Positions 26,787-36,053 are shown, counted from the first letter of the stretch. The stretch is DNA of 64,000 bases from Polyangiales bacterium (GCA_044229975.1 JBGARZ010000010.1:96001-160000); one strand, 5' to 3'. The notes: a model not told the origin generated them from the sequence alone. Made by a program: numbers and translations.

Positions 26787-29420
26787 ATGAGCAACACGAC
26801 CCGAAGCTGGAAGCTCGATGGTTATGGCCCCGACGCGAAGGCCGCGCTGGCCGGCGCGCAGAGCCTCGCGGACGAGCGCTCGCACGCCGAGGTGGAGTCC
26901 CTGCACCTCCTCTTCCGACTCCTCGATCGCGACCCGCTGGTGCAGCGCGCATTCGAGCAGGCGGGCGTCGACCCGGGCGACCTGCTCTTCGAAGTCGAAG
27001 CCGTGCTGCGGAAGATTCCGCAGGTGCCGGGCGCCGTGGCCTTCCTCTCTCCGCGGCTGCTCGGGCTCACCACGCGCGCGGAGTCCGAGGCGTCGCGCGA
27101 CGCGAGCCCGGTGCGCGTGCGCCACCTGCTCATCGCGATCGTCAACGAGGTCACCGGGCTCACCGGTGCGGTGCTGCGCGCGCTCGACGTCGACGAGGCG
27201 AAGGTGCGCGCCGCGCTCAAGGGACTGCCCGACTCCATGGCGTCGACCGAGGGCGTGAGCAGCCCGAGCGTTCCGACGCCGGGCGGCGGTGGTGGCAGCG
27301 GCGGCGGAGCGACGGGCGACGTGCTCGCGCGCTACACCCGCGACCTCATCGCCGAAGCTGGCAAGGACCGCTTCGACCCCATCGTGGGCCGCGACGTCGA
27401 GCTGCGGCGCCTGCTCCAGGTCATCGCGCGCCGCACCAAGAACTCCCCGGTGCTCGTGGGCGAAGCGGGCGTGGGCAAGCGCTCCATCGTGTACGCGCTG
27501 GCAACCCGCCTCGCGCGCGGGGATGTCCCGGCGCCGCTGCGCAAGAAGCGCTTGATGCAGCTCGACCTCGGGCTGCTGGTGGCGGGCGCGCGGCTGCGGG
27601 GCGAGCTCGAAGACCGGCTGCGCGCGGTGCTGGCGGCGGCGAGCGCGCTCGACGGCGAGGTGATCCTCTTCGTCGACGAGCTGCACGCGCTCTTCAACAA
27701 CCCGGGCGCGGGAGGCGGGCCCGCCGACCTGTTGAAGCCGGCGCTGGGGCGCGGCGAGGTGCAGATCATCGGCACCACGACCCCGGGCGCCTACAAGAAG
27801 ACCATCGAGAGCGACTCGGCGCTGTCGCGGCTCTTCGCGGCGCTGCTCATCGAGGCGCCCACCGAGGAGGAGGCCATCGGCATGTGCCGCGGCATCGTGG
27901 AGCGCTACGAGGTGCACCACGGCGTTCGCATCAACGACCCGGCGGTGGTGGCCGCGGTGAAGCTGGGCAAGCGCTACCTGGGGGGCCGCGAGCTGCCCGA
28001 CGCGGCCATCGACCTCATCGACGAGGCGGCCGCGCAGTGCCGGCTGGCGCTCGACGCGGGGCCGCCGGAGCTCGACTCGCTGGCGCGGCTCCAGTCGGCG
28101 CTCGAAGCGCAGCACCGCTCGCTGGTGGACGAAGAGGACAGCGCGTCGGTGGAGGTTCGCAAGAAGGTCGAGGCGCAGCTCGCCGAGACGCGCGCGAAGC
28201 TGGAGGTGCTCCGGCCGCGGTGGGACAAGCAGCGCGACGTGATCGCGGCGCTGCGGTCGGCGAAGGCGAAGATCCTCGGGCTGCGGGCCGAGCGCGACAA
28301 GGCGGCGGCGCAGGGCGACACGGGGGCGGCGTCGCGGCTGGCCACCGGCGACCTCCCGGCGGCGGAGAAGGTGCTCGCGGAGGCGGAGGCGGCGCTCGCG
28401 AAGGAGGGCGAGCTGCTCTCGCGGCTGAGCGTCGACGAGACGGGCGTCGCGGGGGTGCTGGAGCAGTGGACCGGGGTGCCGGTGAGCAAGATGCTCGCGA
28501 GCGAGACCGAGAAGCTGCTGAAGATGGAGGACCACATCCGCAGTCGGGTGGTGGGTCAGGACGAGGCGCTGCGGCTCATCGCGAAGGCGGTGCGACGGGG
28601 CAGGGTGGGGCTGCGCGATCCGGGCAGGCCCATCGGGAGCTTCTTGTGCCTTGGGCCGACGGGTGTCGGAAAGACGGAGCTGGCGAAGGCGCTGGCGGAG
28701 TTCTTGTTCGATGACGAGGCGGCGATGGTGCGCCTCGACATGAGCGAGTTCATGGAGAAGGGCTCGGTGTGGCGGCTCATCGGATCACCGACGGGCTTCG
28801 TGGACAGCGAGTCGGGCGGCATGCTGACGGAGGCGATTCGTCGACGGCCGTTCTCGGTGGTGTTGTTCGATGAAGTGGAGAAGGCGCATCCCGATACGTT
28901 CAACATTCTCCTGCAGGTGTTGGACGATGGTCGGTTGAGCGACAACCGCGGTCAGCTCGCCAACTTCAGCGACACGGTCATCGTGATGACCAGCAACATC
29001 GGCGCGCACCGCATTCTTGAAGCGACGGAGCAGGGGACTTCGGATGAAGACCTGCGGGAAGAGATCCAGGGAGAGCTGAAGAAGCACTTCCGGCCGGAGT
29101 TTCTCAACCGCATCGATGACGTGTTGATCTTCGATCGATTGAGCAAGGTGGCGCTGCGGGGGATTGTCGATATCCAGTTGAAGCGGCTGGGCAAGCTGCT
29201 CAAGGAGAGCCAGATCGGCCTGGAGGTGACCAACCCGGCGCGCGATCTGCTGACCGACCTCGGGTATGACCCGGCGTATGGAGCGAGGCCGTTGAAGCGG
29301 GTGATCTTGAAGCAGCTACAAGACCCGTTGGCGGAAGAGCTGCTGCGTGGCGGGTATGGGCCCAACGACACGGTGCGGGTGGACGTCGGCGACGCGGGGT
29401 TCTCCTTCGCGAAGGTGTGA
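26787..29420 (+). CDS. clpB: ClpB-like AAA+ ATPase in the TssH/ClpV position, NBD1 degenerate
   Basis: Clp-N region; DPIVGRD..RRTKN; long coiled-coil M domain; NBD2 GPTGVGKTE, LFDEVEKAHP, GARPLKR. Confidence 0.85.
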   Translation: MSNTTRSWKLDGYGPDAKAALAGAQSLADERSHAEVESLHLLFRLLDRDPLVQRAFEQAGVDPGDLLFEVEAVLRKIPQVPGAVAFLSPRLLGLTTRAESEASRDASPVRVRHLLIAIVNEVTGLTGAVLRALDVDEAKVRAALKGLPDSMASTEGVSSPSVPTPGGGGGSGGGATGDVLARYTRDLIAEAGKDRFDPIVGRDVELRRLLQVIARRTKNSPVLVGEAGVGKRSIVYALATRLARGDVPAPLRKKRLMQLDLGLLVAGARLRGELEDRLRAVLAAASALDGEVILFVDELHALFNNPGAGGGPADLLKPALGRGEVQIIGTTTPGAYKKTIESDSALSRLFAALLIEAPTEEEAIGMCRGIVERYEVHHGVRINDPAVVAAVKLGKRYLGGRELPDAAIDLIDEAAAQCRLALDAGPPELDSLARLQSALEAQHRSLVDEEDSASVEVRKKVEAQLAETRAKLEVLRPRWDKQRDVIAALRSAKAKILGLRAERDKAAAQGDTGAASRLATGDLPAAEKVLAEAEAALAKEGELLSRLSVDETGVAGVLEQWTGVPVSKMLASETEKLLKMEDHIRSRVVGQDEALRLIAKAVRRGRVGLRDPGRPIGSFLCLGPTGVGKTELAKALAEFLFDDEAAMVRLDMSEFMEKGSVWRLIGSPTGFVDSESGGMLTEAIRRRPFSVVLFDEVEKAHPDTFNILLQVLDDGRLSDNRGQLANFSDTVIVMTSNIGAHRILEATEQGTSDEDLREEIQGELKKHFRPEFLNRIDDVLIFDRLSKVALRGIVDIQLKRLGKLLKESQIGLEVTNPARDLLTDLGYDPAYGARPLKRVILKQLQDPLAEELLRGGYGPNDTVRVDVGDAGFSFAKV

Positions 29421-29429
29421 GCTGGGAGA

Positions 29430-29870
29430 TCAGGCGTCGCGCAGCCACGCGGCGAGCGCGGTAGCGTCGAGCGTAGCGAGCGCGTGGCCCGCTGCGGTCG
29501 GGCCGTCGACGTCGAGGCGACGCTCGAGGACGCCGCGCTCGGCGTCGGTGAGGGGGCGGGCGAGGGTGAGTTCCGCGACGCGCACCAGCGCGGGGAGCAA
29601 GGCGTGGGTGGTCTCCTGCTGGCCCTGCCGCTGACCCTCCAATCGTCCCGCCTCCAGTCCCTCCTCCAGTCCCAGGGCGTGCTGGGTACGCATGTATTCT
29701 TCGGCTTCCGTGACGTCGAGCATGAGCGCCTCCGTGAGAGCGATGCCGCGACGTTGCGCGGCGAGGAGCAACTGTACCACCGCCGCATAGAGCTTCTTGC
29801 CGCGCGGCACCTGACCGTAGCGCTCGCGCAGGGAGCGGAGCGCCGCCTGGAAGGTCGCGCCTGCGCCCAT
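29430..29870 (-). pseudogene. C-terminal fragment resembling Rpn/PD-(D/E)XK transposase-like proteins
   Basis: LEEGLEAGRLEGQRQG repeat and L...LAAWL ending; no N-terminal nuclease domain in frame. Confidence 0.45.
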
Positions 29871-29962
29871 GAGGCGGAGAGGGAGCGTGTCGTCGGTGGC
29901 GGCGGTGGGTGGCGGCGGTGGGTGGCGGCGGTGCGCGGCGACGGTGGTAGGTTGCGGCGGCC

Positions 29963-30526
29963 ATGACGACGAGACCACTGCCGTGCGGGGCGATGTTCCG
30001 CGCGGTCGCGACGATGCTGCTGGGGTGCGTGGGCTGCACGGAGGCGCACGCGCAGCCGCGGCGGGACGCAGGCGCGGTGGTGCGGAGAGACGCGGGCGTC
30101 GTCGCGAGGATGGACGCGGGGGTGACCGCGACGCGCAGAGACGCGGGCGTGGCGACGACGCGCAGAGACGCGGGCGCGACGGCGAGGAGAGACGCGGGTG
30201 TGGACGTAGCGGTGGCGGTGTTGCCGCCGACGCACGGGCGCATCGAGCCGCGAGAGGCGCAGCGGGTGCTGGCGACGCGGGCGACGGAGGTGCGCGGTTG
30301 CTACGAGCGGGCGTTGGCGCGCGACGCGACGCTGGCAGGTGAGCTCACGGTGCGGCTGCGGGTGGAGAGCGACGGTCGGGTGTCGCAGACGTCGCTGAGC
30401 GGGGACGACGCGCTGCGCGGAGCGGGGCGATGCATGGAAGGGGTGCTGCGAGGGCTGGTGTTTCCAGCGCCGACGGGCGGGCCCGCGACGGTGACGGTGC
30501 CGTACGTGTTTCGCGCGGGGGAGTGA
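29963..30526 (+). CDS. AgmX/PglI C-terminal (TonB-C-like) domain protein with RRDAG repeats, probable lipoprotein
   Basis: VRGCYERALARDATLAGELTVRLRV..DGRV...C....L..LVFPAP.GG...VTVPYVF. Confidence 0.8.
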   Translation: MTTRPLPCGAMFRAVATMLLGCVGCTEAHAQPRRDAGAVVRRDAGVVARMDAGVTATRRDAGVATTRRDAGATARRDAGVDVAVAVLPPTHGRIEPREAQRVLATRATEVRGCYERALARDATLAGELTVRLRVESDGRVSQTSLSGDDALRGAGRCMEGVLRGLVFPAPTGGPATVTVPYVFRAGE

Positions 30527-30599
30527 GGGCGGCAGTCGGGCGTTCTCGCGAACGCCGGTCCCCTGATATACGAGGTGGATGGCGGATGGCGGAGCCTCG

Positions 30600-32489
30600 A
30601 TGAGCGTCCGATGGCGTACCCTCTGTGCCCCGCTCGCGTTGCTCACGTGGCTCGCCCTCCCCCTCTCCGCGGGCTGCGGCGCTCGTGGCGGCGATTGTGT
30701 CACCGGCAGCCCCTGCGCCTGCCCCGATGCCCGCCGCGGCGTTCGCTCGTGCGCGGTCGACGGCACTGCCGCCGCCTGTCGTTGCGCCGCCAGCGGTGAG
30801 CTCCCGCCGCCGCCGCCAGGCATGGCCCTCGTCCCCGGCGGAACCTTCCCCATGGGCTCCACCACTGGCTTCCCCGACGAGATGCCCGTCCATCAGGTGC
30901 GCGTCGAGTCGTTCTATCTCGACGTCGAAGAGGTCACCGTCGCGGAGTACCGCCAGTGCTCGGACACCGGGCGCTGCACCCCGCTCGGGCGACGCGCCGC
31001 GTGGCCAGAGATCTTCCCCGACGAGCGCGAGTCGTGGAGCCAGTTCTGCAACGCCAACCTCCGCAACCACGACGACCACCCCGCCAACTGCGTCGAGTGG
31101 TCGCAGGCCGACACCTACTGCCGCGTCCACGGCTGGCGACTGCCCACCGAGGAGGAGTTCGAGTACGCGGCCCGCGGCGGCAGCGAGGCGCGCACCTACC
31201 CGTGGGGCGAGCAAGCCCTCGACGAGACGCGCCTCAACGCGTGCGGCTCCGAGTGTCAGGGCGAGATCAGCCGCATCCGCGGTGGGTGGCAGGCGCTCTA
31301 CCCCGGTTCCGATGGCTACGCCGGAACCTCCCCCGTCGGCAGCTTCCCCGCCGGCCGCGGCCGCTGGGGACACTCCGACCTCGCGGGCAACGTCTGGGAG
31401 TGGACCTCCACGCTCTACTGTCGCTACGACGACGCAGGCTGCTTCAGCGATCAGCGCGTCGTGCGCGGGTCGGGCTTCCTCCAGACCAACGCCATCAAGG
31501 CGCGCGCGACGCGCCGCAATCAGGACACCGAGTGGCACGTGAGCGGCGACAGCGGCTTCCGCTGCGCCACCAGCATCGGGCCCAACCCGCGCGCCAACTC
31601 GTCGGCGCCGTCGTTCACCCTCATGCACCAGCGGCCCGACAGCGCGCGGGCCGTCGTGCTCATGGTGCTGTCGCTGCTCACGCTCGTGCTCACCGGCGCG
31701 GTGCTCGGCCTCCTCGGCGGCGGCGGCTCGGTGCTCACGCTCCCCACCATGCTCCTCGTCGTGGGCCTCGAACCCATCACCGCATCCGCCATGAGCGTCA
31801 TCGTGATGACCGCCACCGCGCCCGTCTCCGCGCTCGCCCACGCGCGCCGCGGCAACGTGCGCCTCGGCCTCGCGCTGCCCTTCGGTCTCCTCGGCTCCGC
31901 TGGCGCGTTCGCGGGCGCCCGACTCGCGCAGCTCGTCCCGTCGCCCATCCTGCTCGCGGGCTTCGTCGTCGTGATGCTCGTCACCGCGCGCGCCATGCTG
32001 CGCCGCCGCAAGAACCCCCTGGCCACCGTCGACGAGTCCGCCGCGCAGCCCCTGTGGAAGCGCGCGCTGCTGGTGCTGGGCGGCGGTGTCGTGGGCATGC
32101 TCTCGGGCCTGCTCGGGGTCGGCGGCGGCTTTCTCATCGTCCCGGTGTTCACGCTGCTGGGGCGCATCCCGATGCCCGTCGCGGTCGGAACCTCCGCCGT
32201 CGTCATCGCCATGAACTCCCTCTCGGGTGTCATCGGTCAGCGGGCCTTCGCCTTCGTCGACTGGCACCTCGCGATCGCGTTTTCCGTGGCCTCCGCGCTC
32301 GGCACGCTGGTCGGGTCGCTCTTCACGCATCGCGTGGCGCCCGAGAAGCTGCGGCGGTGGTTCGGTGTCCTGGTGGTGGTGGCGGGGATGCTGGTGCTCA
32401 CGCGGCAGGCGCTGCCGGGCCTGCGCGACCTGCTGCGATCGCGCTCGGGCTCGCATGTCGCGCCTACGATGCAGGGCGCTCACGGGTGA
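30600..32489 (+). CDS. fusion: lipoprotein FGE-sulfatase (SUMF1-like) domain + TauE/SafE sulfite exporter domain
   Basis: Lipobox SAGC; PGGTFPMG, RLPTEEEFEYAARG, DLAGNVWEW, GFRC; then GLLGGGGS and GLLGVGGGFLIVP with about 8 TMs, all in one frame. Confidence 0.88.
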   Translation: MSVRWRTLCAPLALLTWLALPLSAGCGARGGDCVTGSPCACPDARRGVRSCAVDGTAAACRCAASGELPPPPPGMALVPGGTFPMGSTTGFPDEMPVHQVRVESFYLDVEEVTVAEYRQCSDTGRCTPLGRRAAWPEIFPDERESWSQFCNANLRNHDDHPANCVEWSQADTYCRVHGWRLPTEEEFEYAARGGSEARTYPWGEQALDETRLNACGSECQGEISRIRGGWQALYPGSDGYAGTSPVGSFPAGRGRWGHSDLAGNVWEWTSTLYCRYDDAGCFSDQRVVRGSGFLQTNAIKARATRRNQDTEWHVSGDSGFRCATSIGPNPRANSSAPSFTLMHQRPDSARAVVLMVLSLLTLVLTGAVLGLLGGGGSVLTLPTMLLVVGLEPITASAMSVIVMTATAPVSALAHARRGNVRLGLALPFGLLGSAGAFAGARLAQLVPSPILLAGFVVVMLVTARAMLRRRKNPLATVDESAAQPLWKRALLVLGGGVVGMLSGLLGVGGGFLIVPVFTLLGRIPMPVAVGTSAVVIAMNSLSGVIGQRAFAFVDWHLAIAFSVASALGTLVGSLFTHRVAPEKLRRWFGVLVVVAGMLVLTRQALPGLRDLLRSRSGSHVAPTMQGAHG

Positions 32490-32559
32490 GTGTCATCGAC
32501 CGCTGACCCCGATCGGGCGTAGCGTCGGACGTCGCCTGACTCACACCCGAAGGTGCTCG

Positions 32560-33600
32560 ATGAAGTTCTCGATGCCCGACGTACAGACCCTCGCCCGCCG
32601 GGTGCTTCCGATGGCGCGGCAGGCGGCGCCGCTCAGCCGCTTCGCGGTGGCCCGCGCGACGGGGCGGAAGTTTCCGCTCATGGTCACCATGTCGATCACC
32701 GACAAGTGCAACTTCCGCTGCGTCTACTGCCAGCTCCCGATCATGAACCGCGAGGAGATGAGCACCGCGGACTGGCACCGCGCGATCGATGAGCTCGCCG
32801 ACGCCGGGATGATGCGGGTGAGCATCATGGGCGGCGAACCGCTCATGCGGAAGGACGTCGGCGAGCTCATCGACCACCTCAAGGAGCGCCACGTCAACGT
32901 CGCGATGAACACCAACGGGTGGCTCTTCCCGCAGCGCATGGATCAGGTCCGCAAGCTCGACCTGGTGTGCGTGACGCTCGATGGTCCGGCGGAGATCAAC
33001 GACCGGCAGCGGCACCCGGGCGCGCACGACAAGGTGCTCGAAGCCATCGATCTGGCGAAGGCCGCGGGCGTGAAGGTCATCACCATGACCGTGATGACGA
33101 AGGGCGGCCTCGACACCGTCGACTACGTGCTGAAGGTGGCGAAGGAGAAGGGGACGCGGGCGTTCTTCCAGGTGGAGCACGACGCGGAGGGCGACCCCAA
33201 CAAGACCATCGGCCCCGACATCACGGGTGACGGCATCGCGGCGGTGGCGCGGCACCTCCTGCGACGCAAGGAAGAGGGCTGGCCGGTAGGGCCCTCGCGG
33301 ACGTTTCTGAAGCAGCTCGCGGGGGACGGCGAGACGGGGGCGCGGCGGTTCTACAGCTGCAACGACTGCTACGCGTCGCAGTACTTCCTCTCGATCACGC
33401 CGACCGGGTACGTGGTCCCGTGTCCGTTGACCTTTCGGAGCGAGACGCCGCTCAACGGTCGTGAGCTGGGCTTCGCGCGGGCCTTCGAGATGCTCACGCA
33501 ACCGCAGGACGCAGGCTGCGGGTGCAACCCGACGACGGAGCTCAACTACCTGCTGCACTTCCGCCCGGAGGCGATTCTCAACGCCTTCGACGTGGTGTGA
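32560..33600 (+). CDS. radical SAM enzyme with C-terminal Cys-rich (SPASM/twitch-like) region
   Basis: CNFRCVYC; GGEPL; TNG; CNDCYA...G.V.PC...CGC. Confidence 0.9.
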   Translation: MKFSMPDVQTLARRVLPMARQAAPLSRFAVARATGRKFPLMVTMSITDKCNFRCVYCQLPIMNREEMSTADWHRAIDELADAGMMRVSIMGGEPLMRKDVGELIDHLKERHVNVAMNTNGWLFPQRMDQVRKLDLVCVTLDGPAEINDRQRHPGAHDKVLEAIDLAKAAGVKVITMTVMTKGGLDTVDYVLKVAKEKGTRAFFQVEHDAEGDPNKTIGPDITGDGIAAVARHLLRRKEEGWPVGPSRTFLKQLAGDGETGARRFYSCNDCYASQYFLSITPTGYVVPCPLTFRSETPLNGRELGFARAFEMLTQPQDAGCGCNPTTELNYLLHFRPEAILNAFDVV

Positions 33601-33603
33601 GTG

Positions 33604-33841
33604 GGTGGGCCGGAGTTCGCGTGACCCCGTTGCGAGTGCGTGCAGTCGCTCACTCCGGGCTATTTCACGTGGTCACCTCGCGGTGCGAGGTTGCAAGAGA
33701 TCTCTACTGACGATGAGCGGGTCGATGGGTTGTTCGTTGAAACCAGTGCTGCAACCTCGCGTCGCGAGGTGACCACGTGAAATAGCCCGGAGTGAGCGAC
33801 TGCACGCACTCGCAACGGGGTCACGCGAACTCCGGCCCACC
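33604..33841. repeat. long palindrome family A, copy 2 (92-bp arms, 2 mismatches), inverted relative to copy 1
   Basis: Arms 33604-33695 and 33750-33841; spacer is a diverged reverse complement of the copy-1 spacer. Confidence 0.92.
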
Positions 33842-33844
33842 GCC

Positions 33845-35173
33845 TCAAGGGCAGCCGTTGTCGACGATGCCGTCGCAGTCGTCGTCGAGCGCGTTGCCGC
33901 AGCGCTCCATCATCGGGCCCACTTCGCCGGTGCAGGTGCTCCACGCGCCCGCGCGGCAGGTCTGTGATCCAGCGCGACAGATGCCGCGCATGTCGACGAG
34001 GGCGGGCGACCACCGGATGGCGCTGCCCGTGAGCATCGGCCTCGCCATGTTGAAGCTCACCGTGTCCGTCGACGCGGCGGTGTCGTCCCCCTGGATGCCG
34101 GTGGTGGCGTTGGAGCCGAGCGAGCGGTCGCCGGCGCCCTCCATGCGACCGTAGAGCACCTCGATGAGGTTGCTGCCCTCGACGAGCACCACCTCGAAGT
34201 TGAGGTGCGCTTCGTCGGTGCGGGGGAAGAAGCCCGCGTCGTGCCACTCGACGACGAAGGTGCGGTTGGGCGCTGTTCCGATGGTCGCGGTGCAGATGCC
34301 GTCGCGCAGCGCGAGGTCGTCCCAGAACGCGTACACCGACTGCGCCCCGCGCATGGCAGGGAGCGTGGTGTTGTTGAAGGCCCAGGTGGCGGCGGAGAAG
34401 CCCAGCACGCCATTGGCCGTGAAGAACGCCGTCGTCACCGGCATCCCGAACGCCTGGAACGCGAAGGGCAACGCCTCGGACACGTTGCCGTCGTCGGCGT
34501 TGGGCAGGTAGGTGCGGTGCCCCGCCTGCGCGCACGCGTCGACGTAGGCCCGCGGCGGCATCGCCGTCACCGCGCGAGCGTAGCGACCCGGCATCGACCA
34601 CGACAGCTCGCCGCAGCGCTGCACCAGGGACTCGTCGACGGAGCCGTCGCAGTCGTCGTCCAGCCCGTTGCAGCTCTCCGCCGCGGGAACCACCTGCGAC
34701 GCGCACGGACCCCACGCGCCCGCGACACACGCCTGCGTCCCGGGGCGGCACACGCCGACGCCCACGGAGCCCGCAGGACCATCGAAGCAGGTGCGCGGCG
34801 CGACCTCATCGACCATGCCGTTGCAGTCGTCGTCGGTGCCGTTGCAGGACTCGGGCGTCGGGGTGGCGGGGACGGCATCACAGACCGTGATGCGGAGGTC
34901 GGCGCGGCAGAGGTACCGGCCCGCGCGCTGGCAGGCGCCGATGCCGACGGAGCAGGGCGTCCCGACGGGAGGGGAGACGCCGTCACAGCCGAGGAGGCCG
35001 AGGTCGGTGGGCGGGACCACGGGCGCGTCGACGGTGGTGATGGGCGTGTCGAGGACGGACCCGGCGTCCGTCGCGCCAGCGTCGACGCCGATGTTGCCGA
35101 TGGTCACGCTGCTGCCGCAGCCGACGAGCGCCACCGCGCAGCCCACGCACCACCACCGAGCGAGTCGATCCAT
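33845..35173 (-). CDS. Cys-rich lipoprotein with DDDCxG putative metal-binding repeats and a nidogen-like domain
   Basis: Lipobox LVGC; three DDDC(N/D)G.VD motifs; LPFAF..FG...NG...AFWDDL...FVVEW. Confidence 0.8.
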   Translation of the reverse strand: MDRLARWWCVGCAVALVGCGSSVTIGNIGVDAGATDAGSVLDTPITTVDAPVVPPTDLGLLGCDGVSPPVGTPCSVGIGACQRAGRYLCRADLRITVCDAVPATPTPESCNGTDDDCNGMVDEVAPRTCFDGPAGSVGVGVCRPGTQACVAGAWGPCASQVVPAAESCNGLDDDCDGSVDESLVQRCGELSWSMPGRYARAVTAMPPRAYVDACAQAGHRTYLPNADDGNVSEALPFAFQAFGMPVTTAFFTANGVLGFSAATWAFNNTTLPAMRGAQSVYAFWDDLALRDGICTATIGTAPNRTFVVEWHDAGFFPRTDEAHLNFEVVLVEGSNLIEVLYGRMEGAGDRSLGSNATTGIQGDDTAASTDTVSFNMARPMLTGSAIRWSPALVDMRGICRAGSQTCRAGAWSTCTGEVGPMMERCGNALDDDCDGIVDNGCP

Positions 35174-35252
35174 GATTGGGAGTCTCCGGGCGGGCGACGG
35201 CCGTCAGCGCCGCGCTCGCTGCGGCGTCTGTGGGGCGGTGCCGATGCCGCCG

Positions 35253-36053
35253 TCACCGATTCGTCGGAGCGTCGGTGCTTTGCCCGACGACCGCGCGCAT
35301 CGCGGGCGCCACGGTGCTCGTGGGGTGCGCCGCGAGGAAGGCGTCCGCGCGTTCGCGGGCCTCGTCGTCGCGGTGTAGCCGTCGCAGCGCATCCACGGCG
35401 TAGCGGGCGCGCTCGTGGGCCAACGCACCCCCGTCGCGACCGAGCCGCGCGCTCAGCGCATCGAAGCCCGCGAGCGCCGCCGCCGGGTCGCTGGCGACGA
35501 GCGAGCGCGCCGACGCGAAGGCCGCGAGCTCGTCGTCCACCGTAAACGGAGCCACCGCGACCACGGCAGCAGGCGGCACCACACGAGCGCGCGCGGCGAC
35601 GACGACCGGGCGGGCGACGTGACGCGGGGCCGCGACGACCAGCACCGGGGGCGGCGGCTTTACCGGGACGGGTATGACCGCGACGGGCTCGACGCTCGGC
35701 ACCGTCGGCGCAGCGGTGGTCACCGTGGGTGCCGCGACGGTCACGGTGGCGACGGGGCGCGGCGCAGGCGGAGCGACGGTGCGCGCGCGGTGCAGCGCGA
35801 CGGAGCCCGCGACGACGAGCGCGGCGACGATGGCGGGCTTCACGCCGACGAGCGCGAGGAATCCCCCGGAGGCGGCCTTGGCGGTGGCTGCCGTCGTGGC
35901 CGCGGTGGTCGCGGCGGTGGTGGAGGACTGGAGGGCGTTCCACATGCGGAGGCGGGCGGCGTGGTCGGGCGCGGCGGCGGCGCGCAGGAGGTCGCCGGCG
36001 CCGGGCGGGGCGTTGGCGGCGTCGTCGATCCAGCGGCGGGGCGCGCGGGTCAT
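35253..36053 (-). CDS. putative membrane anti-sigma factor with C-terminal TPR-like helices
   Basis: ATGA overlap with the sigma gene; single TM; Pro-rich linker; DDELAAF..AR...ER....VDAL...FLAAHP.S. Confidence 0.65.
   Translation of the reverse strand: MTRAPRRWIDDAANAPPGAGDLLRAAAAPDHAARLRMWNALQSSTTAATTAATTAATAKAASGGFLALVGVKPAIVAALVVAGSVALHRARTVAPPAPRPVATVTVAAPTVTTAAPTVPSVEPVAVIPVPVKPPPPVLVVAAPRHVARPVVVAARARVVPPAAVVAVAPFTVDDELAAFASARSLVASDPAAALAGFDALSARLGRDGGALAHERARYAVDALRRLHRDDEARERADAFLAAHPTSTVAPAMRAVVGQSTDAPTNR

Noticed and set aside
29963..33600. T6SS effector/immunity genes downstream of the cluster
   Set aside because: No PAAR, Rhs, MIX or VgrG-linked domain or toxin-immunity pair was recognisable.
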